Positions 47,019 through 60,760 of a stretch of 64,000 nucleotides of DNA are shown here, piece after piece. Source of the DNA: Lingula anatina (taxonomy: Eukaryota > Animalia > Brachiopoda); the NCBI GenBank assembly GCA_051362555.1, contig CM120645.1, positions 12,710,001 to 12,774,000 on the forward strand. Reading direction: 5' to 3'. The position numbers and the translations under genes are program-made. Numbering within the stretch: position 1 is the stretch's first letter; every line of letters begins with the position of its first letter. The notes beneath the pieces are model-generated. The model saw only the letters and a program-made list of their open reading frames with translations. It did not search any database and was not told the origin of the DNA.

Positions 47019-48230
47019 GGAATAATTATTAGTATTTGTACTGTAGTTAGTTTTGACGGTTCCGTCTTTCAAGTCTTTCAGTGCCTCGTGGCCGAGGTTC
47101 CTAGTTTAGCTGCAGAGGAAGCGTGGAGCGGTGTGTTGCTGGACTGTTCTGTAACAAGTACGAAACACACGATCACACGTCTTCACATGCACATGTACAG
47201 TCGGGCACTGCTTTGGCTGCCTATTCTTAGAGCAAAGTTTATTTTGTAAGTCAGATTAATTATGATACGCCCGTGATTTAGGCGATGATTTCACTGTTGA
47301 AAAGGTTTGAATACTGCTTGTACGTCTAATCCGTTTCTTGTTCAATTTGGCAGTAGTGCGCTTCTTTGGGAAGTCGACCCCCCTCTCCCCCCTTCCTTTT
47401 CAGGTAAAATGTCTCACTTGGATGTTAGATGGAAGGACTTAGTGGTGAGAAAGTGGAAGTTACGTTCACCCCATTGTCCGGTCATTACAAGGCCATTATG
47501 TCGTTGAACAATGCCTCGTCGTGTCAGCTTTACGCTTGTGACCATGCGAGGGGAAAAGTGTTATTTTGAATTTCCCCCTCGTTTTCCACACACGCACACC
47601 TGCGCGGGCTCCCCGGCTTGTCGGCAAAGTTGAAAAAGAAAACAAGGTACTTTGAGCGCACGTTCACTGGCAGCCTGATTTAATGGGAGTTGATTTGTGA
47701 AGAAAGAGAGAAACGTCCCAAACCAACCGTGAAAGAGACGAACAAACACGACGTTTTGATTGACACAGGTGTGCGTGGATTTTTGGCAACTATTTGACGG
47801 GAGGTTTTTACTTCTTGATTAGGTACGGAGAAGAAAGGCCAGTAATTGCAGGTCCCCACATGATCATGAGTCGTCTGTCACACTGGCATAAAAAAGACTA
47901 AATTCCCTGTGGAAATTGTTTAAAGATCACAACAATCGTATAGAAATTCCGTTTACATTTCATCTGCGGATTTTAATTTGTTTTATTATAGTCGACAGCA
48001 ACAACGGAGAGGTTTGTTTTGCCGCTCGGTCCTTCCATCTAATGGTTACTTATTGTTTACTTACCAAACAAGCGCTCAATGGCTTATTGCTCACTGTTAT
48101 TTGTCTGTTGTAGCTCCGATCTCCTAATTGTAGTCTGTGAATTCCGTTCGAAATGTCAACAACTCTGATTTGGATGTATCATAATGAAACGGTTATTTCT
48201 GATGAAAAGAAAAAGATCAGTTTTACGTAT

Positions 48231-48236
48231 AATAAA
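48231..48236 (+). terminator. Candidate polyadenylation signal
   Basis: AATAAA followed ~35 nt later by a U/GU-rich element (tttgaatttttgtgtaatgttg). Confidence 0.55.
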
Positions 48237-51200
48237 ACTTATTCTTGGTAAAAAGAACCTACAATGAAGCTTTGAATTTTTGTGTAATGTTGCAGACGCG
48301 ATGACAATGTCATAACAAATGCAGGAAATACCAGACCACTAATGCTATTAATACGCAGGGCTGGGTAAACAGGCCCCCAAGGAGGAGTTTTCACCGCGCA
48401 GGTGTGGGGGAAGGCGACAATAGGCCAGAAATGATGGAAGTTTTGACAGATATAGTTTTCACTGTTGATAACGTCATTTTACCAGGAATTCAAAGTGAAA
48501 CGGTGGCGATGTTTCAAGGTTGTTGGGTTTTCCTAGATGTCACGCGTTAAGAAACCTCTGGTATATCCCGTTAAAGCCTTGGTGTGACGGTATTCTAGCC
48601 AAGGCATTGTAGCTGAGGGCGCATTGTCTAGATATCCCCCCCGAGCGAATGTGCTCAGCTGCGAAACACCTGCAGCCTCGCCTAACTTCTTCACATTGCA
48701 AACCTTCTTGCAGTCGGCTGAGCAGCGCAGACAAACGATCACTGTTCTCAATGCAGCCTTCCGCTCGACGACTTTGACTTGCTGATCGTTTCCCACCGTT
48801 TGAAACGGCCCGCCGTGCGATGTTGTGATCGTTGCCAACAAGCTAGAAGGCGAAACGGGACGTACCTTTTTTCGCGCGGCAAACAGCCTTTGACTTTTTA
48901 TCTTTGAAAGCTGTTTTCACACCGCATTCCGGCGGACCCCACTTCTTGGCGTTTTGTGAACACGTGCGCCACTTTTTGTTTGATAAAAGTTGCATAACAG
49001 CTCGGGGAAAAAGTTTCAACTTTTACCAGATTAAGAAGTTGTTTGTGGAAACGGATATTCCTAAAAACCATTTTAGAAAAGAAACATTAATGAAACACTT
49101 GCAAAAAATTAAGTACATTTCGTTTATAAAATTGAAATTTTATTTAAATGTTTTTAGAACATGCCAATATTTAAAAAAGAAATCCAGAGAAGTAAAAGTG
49201 GTGTTGTGTTTTGTATATCTTCATAGTTTGTGGATTTGTGCCGAATTAGTCGAAAAAGTGGCAAAGATTCCTTTCGGCTTTATTGTTCGACAACAGCTGT
49301 CTTTTCTACAGTACATCTGAACTCGTAGTTTCCGCCGTAATGGGTATTCTCTTTCTGAACATCTTCGCTACTGGTTTTACTCTTTTACTTTCTGTGTATG
49401 TATATTTTCAGCGTTAAACTTATTCTGTTTTAGTACAAGTAATGTTGTTTTTAATGCAAGGAGAGGTAGCATCTGTAAGAGACATTTCAGTTTAAAAATT
49501 ACAAGATAATAAGCGATAACGTCATGGACGTGCGTTAGTATATGACATAATAATTATTTGTGTTGATATTGAGCTTTTTGCTCTCCCGGCTGCACATTTA
49601 AAGAAAAAAGAAAGCCTTGAATATGTTGTCTTAAGACTGTTGAAAAACGCTATGTTATTATTTTCAACAAATAACCAAAGGGGGGGGGGTTACTGAAAGA
49701 TAAAAAAAGTCACCCAACAGCTGCTCCGGCATTTGTTACTGTTTCCCCGCAGGCTGCGCGGTGCCTTACCATGTACAATTACATTTATTCAAACCGCAGT
49801 CCCAATTTTAATTTTCCCAAAAGTTAAAAAAAAAAATTAAAGTATTCGAGTATGATCTACGTTATATCACAGACCCAGGCGGATATATACATATTTATTG
49901 CATTGAGAGCTGTTAAAGAGTTGATTTTGATCTAGATTGACAGGACGCGGTGGATCTGATGTTCAGGTAGTGACAAATGTATAAAATCATTGTGAGTAAT
50001 AAATAATGTGCGGTTGTTTGAGACACCGGCGAAATTAAACAAAGAACATGACACCTATAACAGGCCACCTGTTTAACCACGATACCCCCTTAAATTCACC
50101 CCTGATAAAGAGGGTACCCATTAGCCCTTGCCAGCGGTATCCGCAGAGTTACATAGCACTAGCAAAGTTCTTGTTACCAAGTCACTCAGAGGGTGTAGAA
50201 AAAATAATTGACGTGAACGATCAAAGTGGAGACGCTCCATTGGCACAAGCAGAAGGCACAGGTGGGTCCGATGAAGGGTAACTTGAACGTCATTAAATAG
50301 CGAGATTATTTATTTATGTTTTGTTTCTTATCAAGGCAGTCTTTTTAGGTTGTGTAAGGCTAGGGAACACCCCCATGCGCCGACACTCCAGACTGCTTGG
50401 CGCCCGGCACCTAGACAATGCTGGTCCGAGCTCGTAGGCGATCGCTCAATAAACTATTTGTAAAAACAATAACATTCAACAGAATAGACTAAGACCGGGT
50501 TTATTTGAAGCTTTTAAAACAATGATTCCAGAGGTCCTTTCACCCCGAAACCTCGTGCGTAAATTTGCGGTTACGCGCATAACCACGTTCCCATTGAGGA
50601 AGAGAGTTTATAAATAAACTCGCGGTAGTAAACGCAAATTCAAGGTACGTTGAAATCTATGAATGAGTTATGGCCGAGACATTGTTGAAGATTTATGGTG
50701 CATTTCTAAAGAAAGCGCACCAGAGGAGTAACTGCGCCCCTACCCGTTCTAAGTAAAGAGAAACTGTGTGCGGTGTATGGGAGATTTTCTATGGGGAATT
50801 AGTGGTGGGCCCCTACCTCTATGTCAATAGACAAGGGTCATTTCTTTACTATTACACTGCGAGGTGCCGTTTAGTTTATTTATTTATTTCTATTTCTTTC
50901 GAGGTAAATGCAGGTGAGGCCAATGGCGTTAACAGGTGCACAGGAAGCTACACGCATGAGTGATCGTAGGTTTGGGGGGGACTCTGGGAATCGGTGAGCT
51001 ATGTTAAGCCTACTGCCTTAGTTTCTGTGTAAGAGCCTCACTCCCGTCACTCCTTGCTCTTAGACATCTCATCCTGCAACGATCATTGAGGAAAACGTGA
51101 CAATGGCTTTTCGTGGGAATACTGGATAACTTCCTTAAAAAAAATAATAATGGAATTAACAAAACATTAAGATTTATGATGCTAGAGACACTACTGGAAT

Positions 51201-52797
51201 TCCATGTTGGGCAATATTTACCATGTACATGTTAGCCTGAATAATTTTTCTTTAGAAATGATGCCTGCTAATTGTGAATACTTTATAATCTATTATATCA
51301 TATCTTCTAATCATTGCACGATTATTAACAAAATGTGACTGCAAGAAGAAATAAGTTCAAGATGAGAAAAAGTAAAATGAAATTGTTATTTAAGCAAAAC
51401 GTATTTTAAACATCCCGTATAAACACTGCAGCTGCGGCTTATTGTTTATTTCTTGTTATGATTAATAAAACTCAAAAGCTTATTTTATTTTGATTTCTAA
51501 AATTAACCAGACCAAAAAGAGTGTACATAAGGGTTTTTGTCTGCATATTTCCTAAATCTAAAAAGCTTTCTCCTAAAAAAAATGATGTAGCCCCTGAGAG
51601 TGAAGCTAAGGACAAAGGCGCACATTTAATTATTGAGTGAATCAATATTCCGAATCTTGTGTGGGGAAAAAATCTATGTTCATTTATTTAACATTTATTT
51701 ATTTATTATTCTCTCTGGTTTCAAATTTTGATAGCATATATTTTTTTATTTATTAATTTTGTTTCTATCTTTCTTTTGTTGATATTCAAAGACTGCATAG
51801 AATTAGGCAGTGATGCCAACATATTCGTCTTTGTTAAGTAAAAACGTGCGCATCGTAAATGCAACATACTTATAACCTAAAATATTCCATAGGCCCACCA
51901 GTACATCCCTTCGGAAAACCTCCAGCTTAACAATTTTTATAACCGAATTCCTTTATTATTGGCGTTTCATTGCCCGTCGAATACGCAAAGAAAATTTTAT
52001 TCTCTTTACATTTGATCGCTGGGGTCTCGGTGAGTCATGTTGTATGATAAAGAATGAGAATCAGCGTCTAACGTTTGATTTATATTACGTATATCATGTA
52101 TGCGGCTATACTTCTGACTGTCTGTCCGTCCGTCTGTTAGTCTATCTGGTTTCTAAGAGATTATATTTTTAAAATGACTTGATTCACCCGCAGCTTTTTT
52201 TTTAAAATTTCGATCGCTTATTATAGAGCGCAGTGTCTTCCCATCCCCTTGCTTATTTGCTAATTTTACTGTGTGTTCAGGTTTATTTCGATATAAAACT
52301 AAAAGCGGCTATCAAATATAAGATGAGTTTCATTTCTTCTGGATAGGAAATACTTTCTTCACGTGTAACATAATTGCCACTTCCTTAATTTATCATTCAT
52401 AAGATTTTATCATCTTTCATATTGATATTTTTTTGTGAATAAAAAGGCGAGTTATATCATTCCCGGATCTTCTGGTTGAAAAGAATGGTGACTCTATGTG
52501 AGCTTTGTAGGGACGATATGCATCAAGGTATCATTAACAACCGCAACTTCGAAATAGGGACATGGTTATTGTTGTTTTCGACAAACTTCCTACAAAGGTG
52601 TATATTGTAAGTAGACGTGCCGCTTCTTTTATGGTATTAAGGATCAGTAAAAATGCTCTAAGGTTCAGCATTAAGCTGAAACTTGCGTGGTGTTCGTGGA
52701 CTAATGAAGAAGTTAAACTTTGGTGACAGGTGGAAAGAAGACAAGAAGAGTTTTACAGAATAATGTGGCACTGGTAAGTCTGCATAACTTTTTGGCC

Positions 52798-53043
52798 CCA
52801 TCGGTCCATGTGGTTCGACCCAACTCTGCGAGGACTCTCGCTGACTGCAATCAGCATAACTGAATGACACACCTCCCCCTGGCGTTAAGTGGAATACAGA
52901 AAAGCCGGTGATTATACCAGTAGGCCTACGTTGGAAACAAGAGGAGGCGTATCGTTTCGTTCAGCTGATTGCACTAAGCGAGACTCCCCGCAGAGTTGGG
53001 TTGAACTACGTAGACGGATGGTGTCTTTGGGAATGGGGTCTTA
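52798..53043. mobile_element. Palindromic MITE related to the 7001-7504 elements
   Basis: ~80-bp imperfect inverted arms (ccatcggtccatgtggttcgacccaactctgcg... / ...cgcagagttgggttgaactacgtagacggatgg), ends gggaatggggtctta. Confidence 0.7.
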
Positions 53044-53436
53044 GTATTGCGCACACTTTTGGCTATAAGCTGAGCTACCCGATTTAGCAAAATACTTGGC
53101 GAAAATCAATAAACTAAAACGCTTCGTCATTGCAAAGAAAAAACTGCATTATATTTGAAGTGCGCATGAGTGCATTCTCTGCAACCAGAGTTTCAAAGAT
53201 TACTGGACACTGACCTTCACCAACACCATGTCTCAGCTGTTAGTGTCCAGTAGCCTCTGAAAACTCAGGGTGGGGGTGGAGGAGGGGTACATTGTACCTA
53301 AAAACAGCTGGGGGATGACGTTATTTTATTGTAAAAAATATTCTCACAATAAAGGAAAGTGCAAGAAGATAGGAATAGAATTACCTGTGAATATTTAGTG
53401 CAAAATATATCTCTGTCAGCCTGGAAGAGGGCAGTC

Positions 53437-53516
53437 CCTGTAAACACAGAACGTTAACGTGACGTTTATATAACTAAAAACGTTATGGCAACGTTATAAA
53501 GCGTTCTATGTTGGCG
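53437..53516. mobile_element. Short fold-back MITE remnant
   Basis: aaacacagaacgtt ... aagcgttctatgtt inverted ends with internal AACGTT repeats. Confidence 0.4.
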
Positions 53517-56500
53517 CGCCGATCCTACTAGATCGATCTAGGTATGGGAACGGGGTCTAGACATAGGTTGGTTATTTTTGACCCCCTTTTAAGATGATTT
53601 GATAGCCGCTCTTCACCGTTATCAAAGCCGCGCGCCAGTGATTATCTACGAGAATTAATTACTTGAACGTCGACCACTCCGATGGCTGCAGTGGGCACAC
53701 GATCAGTCAGTTACGAAAATTTATCAAACTACACTTCTTGAATTAAAAGTTAGGATAAGAAACGAAACAAAATGATTTTTCACAAATAAGAGTTTTTTTT
53801 CTTATCCAAAGAAAAAATTTAAGGTTGACAAACCATTCCAGGCATTTACAAAAGAATGTCAATTAATTCACGGTCATGCCGACGTCGCGTGTGAAAAACT
53901 TTCGGAACACAGCGAGACGTAACACGTTACCTGTTTCCTTGCTACAATATATTCACTCGACACTATCGAGATCGAAATTAAAGTCTTACTCCCATTGAAT
54001 TTAAAAGCACGACTCTCTTTTAATAGTGCATGGAATCCTTGGACTCAAGTGCTATAATCACCTAAACCAACTGAGCCTTTACTCTTGTGTAAACGAAATC
54101 CAAGATCTACACCCCAAATAAATCTCTGTTGAATGGACATTAAGAACGCTTACCCGGCGGTACACCTATAAATCGGCCGGATGTTCACTTCTTCATTCAA
54201 CCATCACGAATGGTTATCGAGCCCAAACGCACATTTTCGCCAGCAACAATCTCACTTTAAGTAGTCATTGCGAAAAATGACGCAAGTCACAAATTGTTAT
54301 GGGGTATCCCCTGTAGTGGCCTCTTCCGTGGTTTTAATGGAGCTTGGATGGATATTGTGTTTTTTCCACTTGCTTTTTAAATTGTATTGAAACAGAATAC
54401 GGCTGTGTGTATTTTGTTCTGTGCATATTCGCAATATTTCGGATTTTATTATTGCTTTTCAAGGAGCTATGGGGGAGGAGAGGGGAGGGGGGGGGGGCAG
54501 AATGAATATCCTTGCATCAAGCCAAGGGAATGGTTGTCGAAAGACACGTCGGCCCAGTGAGTTCACAGTTGCTTTCTCTCGAATTATCTTGGATATGATG
54601 ATATATTTTAACTTACTAGAATACTTGATGAATGAGTAGAATAACACTATCTTGACACATTTTCTTCGCAGGAATAGTATTAAAAATGATCGGTTCGTTT
54701 GGCAAGTGTATCCTTGTTATTTGTGATACTAGCTATAAAAGGCACAGTTGAATTCTTACATTTGTGATGAAGTTCCTTTTTCCCAGGTGTGCCTCGTTTG
54801 TTTTTATCATTACAAACAATAGCAGTTATGTCGGAACCAAAATTCCTCAGAAAACCTCTGCTCACCTCTGGCCCATGAAAAATGTTTCAATTTAGGTCAA
54901 ATTTCCCGTTTAGCACCATTAGAGCTGTTAAAAAACTAATCGAATTTTGCTCGCAGATTTACCTTGAACATCCTGTGTTTTGGTTGCTGAGAATTTCATT
55001 TTTAATTGACCATTTGTCATCGAAAGTAGCGTGGGGATGAAGATAGGTTATTTGTTTAAACCATTCGAATGGTTCTCATATGGTTTACTTTGACTTGAAG
55101 CGATGCAAAATATTGGGTAGCTGATTGCACCAAGTCACAAGAAGCCGTAGGGATGAGAGGGTCAAATTTGAGAAGGTTCGCTTTCATATTTAACCCAACG
55201 CATACGAAAAAGTGATGACTTGTTGTATGAATTAATCTTTTAATAATGGAATTACTACCTTCTGTTCACAATCGCTTTTTTGCCTAAACACGGGATGTAG
55301 TAAAGCGTATACAAGACTTAAACCAAATACAGATAAAATTTATTGCAAAACATGCCTACTTTGAGAATCTCCAAAAGTTTGGAAATAGAAAGAGAGCTTG
55401 TTGGTGAGTACAGAACAAGAACTTTTCCTTGTCCCAGAAAAATTATTGACTGCATTTCTCCGATACGAAATCTCTCATGTGATACCTTAAGTACTATATA
55501 GCATTTTTATATAGATGCTATGCTGTGAAGCGATTTCCAAATGAAAAAAATGTCGCTTTAGCACCTTAAAGATTCGGTGACCAGTTCATTCACGCGCCAC
55601 TACTCACTAAATCACCTTTATAGATATATCATACCCCTGCCATTTAACCACAAGGTGCCCTTTCATGGTATGGGGTTGATTTTCTCCATTCACCTTGTCA
55701 TTATGTAGACAGCAACCGTTCTAGTAGAATTATTTGTCGCTCCAAAAGCTATTAAGGCATGCCCAGGTTAGATAATAAACGCGCGTTAATGTCTGTTTGC
55801 ACTCTCACCGTGGTTGCACGTGGTGCATAAAACAAGTGAGAAAACATCAGTAAAGTTAATCGTTCTTTCTTCGTTTTATCCAGTCTGAAAATCTGCTCCG
55901 TAGCCAATCGGTATAAAAAAAACTTTTCGTCGGGTTGTTATTTATCTTGACTCTCTGATATTGGTTTGCCAGTGAGTTTGAAGATAAAAGTACATGGAGT
56001 TTCTTCCAGTGATACAGTTTTTCTCTCTGACTACAGGATGCACTAGTGGTCTGTTACAATATTATTGTATCGCTGAAACTCAAAATTTGGTTCACTATTT
56101 TAGAGGCCCCTGGTATGAGAGGGTAGATACATGTAGCTATATTGAGATATCTGCAAGGTCAGTTTTAATAAGGTGTCTGTCTGTCTATTCTATACAGGTT
56201 GATATGGTCTTTACATGAGGTTTTGCACCCCCCCCCCCCAATTCTATCGCTACGGTGACGGTAGATGTGTTTGGGGATAGGGTTCAATCACTTATGTCGA
56301 GACTTTCACATTTTTTGTGTGCGATAAAGCTACAAGATTTTTCGTTACACTTCTCAAGGCTAACTTTCAATTATTTTCATCTTTTGCATTCTGGTTATGA
56401 CTGGTTCTTCGTTGAAAAATGATAATAATTATCTAGTGAATTGTGCAGCTGATGGAACTAAACTTGTTTGTGACATTTTAAATGTTATGTAATTTTCAAA

Positions 56501-56986
56501 AAAGTGCTGCCAATTTGTTGCCGAAGAAAATGTCATTTTGATCAAGCCTGGCTTAATAGTTTTCACAAACACCGGGAATAGCGTTGCGGGAGAGAATATC
56601 TTTAAATAACGCTTCTTCTTTTCGGTCATCAGGTGACCAAGGAAATTAAGTGAACTTTCCTTATATCATAAAAGATACGAAATCTACATGTTTATGTTTC
56701 TACTCAAGGAAACAATTATTTCAAAATCTATAATAAACTCCATATAAATCAAATGTTTCCTGAAGGATACAAGCGTCATGTACAAAACAATGCACAACAA
56801 ACAAAAAGTTGGTAATGTTTACGGTGAATTATTTTCCCAACGTCGCGACAAGTGAAAGATATATTGTGTTTAAACATGGTTTGTGAATCAGCTTTCTTTT
56901 CATCTCGTGAAAAGTTCACTTGAATGCACGCGTTTGTAGACCGCGGAATTTGTACAGGCAGGAGCATAATTCTTGGGGTATCTTTT

Positions 56987-57020
<34 letters not shown>

Positions 57021-57479
57021 TGCTGACTTAGAAATATTTCATCTCATTTTATGTTAAAAGATTCTTTTTAGCCCCTGCTTACGACACAGTTTTTTTTTTT
57101 TTCATCTCCAATACCACGTTTCAAATTCCGAGTTAACGCACTGCGCAGCCTTTTGAACCTATTTCATATCTATCTCTGTTGAATCACAACGGCTCGATAA
57201 TGTGCTGAATAAGTTGCAAAATATGTCGGAAATCATATGCTCAAAAGTTACATGAAATTTAATAATATACAAATTCGACCGGTATCTTTCAAGTAACATG
57301 TACAACAAGAAATCAACCGCAGAGAGAAGCAATGATATGTGTACATTTTTCTAATCTTTATTGACTCAATGGTGTTGTTGAACTCCTTATATGCCGATCT
57401 ACAGATTACCTCTAAGCAAACATTCCTACACCAACGATATCACCCCCTGGAGTGAGACAGCTTAGATGTGTCATTTCTT

Positions 57480-57755
57480 CTACAACTGCTACAGCTACCG
57501 TTAACTACAACTACATGTACTACCACGTCTGCTGCTACTGTTGCTCTTATTGTTACTACTTAAACTGCTTCTACTGCTACTACCGCTGTTTCTTCCACTA
57601 CTACCAGTTCTAGTAAGCCTATTGGTTCACTTCTGCTAGTACTTTTATTACTATTGGTGTTTTTCTTAAGCTACTTCTACTATCACTGTTACTAAAACAG
57701 CAGCAGCTACTACTACAGTTGCCGCTTCTACTGCCATCATCATCACTATCACTAA
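57480..57755. repeat. Degenerate (CTA/CTG/CTT)n trinucleotide tract
   Basis: Read directly from sequence. Confidence 0.8.
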
Positions 57756-57756
57756 T

Positions 57757-58016
57757 CAGGGGCGGATCCAGAATTATTTGAAGGGGGGTCCACGGATGTA
57801 AAGCCGATCCCCCCCATGGCGTGGGGTTCGGGGCCCGATGAAGGAAAATTTTGGTATTTTAGAGGGCTAACGGTGCCATTTGGTACGGTTTAGAACTATA
57901 ATTCAGCTAGTCGAAAGTCTAATTTCAAGAGTGGACCATTGGTGTGATATTTTTTTCAGAAATCGAAGGGCAGGAGGGGTCAGGACCCCATGACACCCCC
58001 CCCAAATCCGCAACTG
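57757..58016. mobile_element. ~260-bp MITE
   Basis: Termini caggggcggatccaga...gggggg / cccccccaaatccgcaactg, a common invertebrate non-autonomous DNA transposon end; no clean TSD. Confidence 0.7.
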
Positions 58017-60712
58017 TAGTACAGTACTAATTCCTTCCCCTATGGTTACATTGTAACACGATAATTCCTGGGCCGGGGGCAGCGCACGCCTGCGAGTCTG
58101 ATAATTCCAAGCTCAGAGTTTATTTAATGATTTGTAATAACTTGTTGATAAATTCTTCTTTTCATGTTCCCTTCCGAATTGTTGAGGTCAGGGACAGCGT
58201 TCCATTGAATACCTTTGTGGTTTCCCGTTTCTTCAACAGGATAAGATTTATTGTCAAACAATTTGTAAATCTAAAGCGTTACTACACTGAAATCAATGTG
58301 GATAAGTGTTGTTCGGTTATTTTCGTGAGAGAAAGTCCGGAAAAACTTTCGCCCAAATTAAGATTTCTCAAGTGATAGGCTTATCAAGTTATTATCAGAT
58401 GAAAATTCCTTGACACTTTTCTCAGTGAGTGGCGAGAGGACACTCGAGATTTTCATTGTCCTCGGAATCGTCTGCTTTATTCTTCCATTATTACCACCTT
58501 GTGCGACAACATTTACGACAACCGCAGCGGCATTCCTTAGTAACAAAATGATTCCTATATTTAATAGACGTAGACGTAAGTTTGTTTTTCAGCTTATCGT
58601 CTCATTTAAATGTATGAATCAACATTATTCGATGTTTTGTAAGAAGACGCACAAAAGACGCTTCACCGAACTATCGTCTGCCCTACTCTGTTTTGACAAC
58701 GGGTTCCTGCTCCCGTTGAAATTACGACCGACGAAACGTCACGTTCAGCACGTGTGTTGCTTTCAACAACAGCGACGGCATAAGTTTTTAAATTGATAGG
58801 CCGAAGTCGATGCCCATTTATTTAGGGTTTATTTCAACTAATCTGAGACCCATGAAACTAACTAGATGGGTTGTGGGTTCAATTTGCATAAATATTTGAT
58901 ATGGTTTCTCAGTCAAATTAAGTTTTAACTTTAAAAAGACTAAAAAAGGGAGATTATGTAACAGGACACAATTGCTTTCAATATATACATATAGTATGAT
59001 CATTTATCACTTGTTTATTTCCCCATGAAATAATTGACACATATTACACTGATATAAAGAAGCAGTGTAGAGGATTTCCTAGAGCAAATGGTCGCAAACG
59101 ACACACTTTGCGGTTTTAAGAATTATATCTTCTCCTAGCAGACCTTTTGGCCCCCGACTAATATTTCTTGACTTTGGGTGTTTAATGACCCCTTAATGTA
59201 ACAGTTAACTTCTCCGTAACAACCCTCACTATGTGTTTGGACACAGAAAACGTCGTATTAAACGTTTTTCCACCTTGTTAACTCTAACGGCCGAGCTTTA
59301 AACTGCACGTATTTAGGCTAGGGGAACCGCATTACACGGTCCAAGGGCTTAAACCGCGGAACATTTTCGGATGAATATGGAATTATAAATATGAAATATC
59401 TTGTAATCTTGACGTTATTTATTAGAGTGAATGGTTTGCTGATTTCTTTTATAGCGTGATGTTTCTAACAGCTGGGAGCATTGACGGGACTTGAATGTAT
59501 CATTGTATGCAGCGGGTCCAGAAGTAGATTATTAGCCGCCGTGTACAAATAGTGCGACTCTCAACGGATTGTTGCTACAACGTTAAGGATAATGCGCGAA
59601 TAATTCCATCCGTCAGCTCGAATATATTTCTTATAATTAGGCAGTACTATTTATGTGGACCTATGTCATAATTCAGTCTAAAAGGTCTAAAAATTCCTGT
59701 AATTTCATCAAATTAACAAAACATGAATGGTTGTGGGGAAAATTTAATATTTTTGTGTGACGTCAAGTACATATCATATTTTGAGGTGCGATACAGGATT
59801 TAACTTTCAATGAAAGAATAGCGCTACTTTTCGAAATAAAAACAATACTGTTCAGGTTTACAAGCCTTCTTTTTTATTTTCCTGTACAGGCGTTTGTATT
59901 TTGTAATGGAGTTTTAAAAAGTTACACAGTTACTTTTTAAACGTTCCAAAGATTTGTTTCCTGAACCAACGAACAACCAAAATTACTTAATTCATAAGTC
60001 AACATTTCCGTCGAATAATCATCGGCTGTTTTTCTTCTCAAATTTCACCTCATAAACCCCTTAGACTTCCACAAATTCTATCTGAGATCTTATATCTTAT
60101 TTTCCGTTTGTGATTTCCGCTGAACTTGTGTATAATTTAGTCTGACAAGTTGTCTTTCACGTTGCGTGCCGAATAACCAACGGTGTTTTCTGGGGGCCCT
60201 TTGAGCGAAACACAGTGACAGTAACGCCCTGTTATAACCACTCGAGGAGATTCGATACCGTTGGAAACCGCTCAAACAACGTGGTAAATTATGTCTGGGG
60301 TAATCACGGCCGGTATATAACAATGGCTTCTACGAGATTATGACATCGTTGGAGAGACCGACACGATAGACTTGAGACGTCTCCTGCTGTCACTCCAAGG
60401 ACCGAGAACGGGAAACAGACCCGGTAATTTCGGTCTCCTTCTATGATGAAGAGGGGCGATAGAGTTTCGTTCTCAGAGACGCTCTCGCCATCGCTGTCTG
60501 TACTCATGGTCGTCCTCCTCGTTCACAGTCTAAATGGTCACGACATTCGTTAAGATTGGGGCGTGTCCCATGGTCAGAAAAAAATTGACCAGTGGATACT
60601 CGTTATTTTTTTAACAAAAAAAAAAAAAAAAAAAATAGAAAAAGGAATGAATGACAAATTCAAAAATGTAACTTCAAAAAAAATGTAACTGTCACATTTA
60701 ATGCTCGAATAA

Positions 60713-60759
<47 letters not shown>
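60713..60759. repeat. (ATT)n microsatellite
   Basis: Read directly from sequence. Confidence 0.95.

Positions 60760-60760
<1 letters not shown>

Larger units (their letters stand above)
46311..48260 (+). other. KMT2E: Probable 3'UTR of the KMT2E-like gene
   Basis: Non-repetitive U-rich sequence between the stop codon and the first AATAAA I noticed. Confidence 0.55.

Noticed and set aside
48533-49320. ORFs 48533-48841(-) and 48904-49320(+) as a gene or transposase
   Set aside because: Non-ATG starts, no recognisable domain and no exon chain; the CpG-rich patch may be a repeat or regulatory element but I cannot support a call.
52110-52150. GTCT/GTCC microsatellite as a second HINE
   Set aside because: Only a short remnant; no hairpin or termini to support an element call.
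56620-56638. Hammerhead core CTGATGA..GAAA on the minus strand
   Set aside because: Only 2 nt between the core halves (no stem II), and no stems I/III found.
58410-58796. 128-aa ORF with a hydrophobic stretch
   Set aside because: TTG start, no domain and no splice partners; expected by chance in AT-rich DNA.
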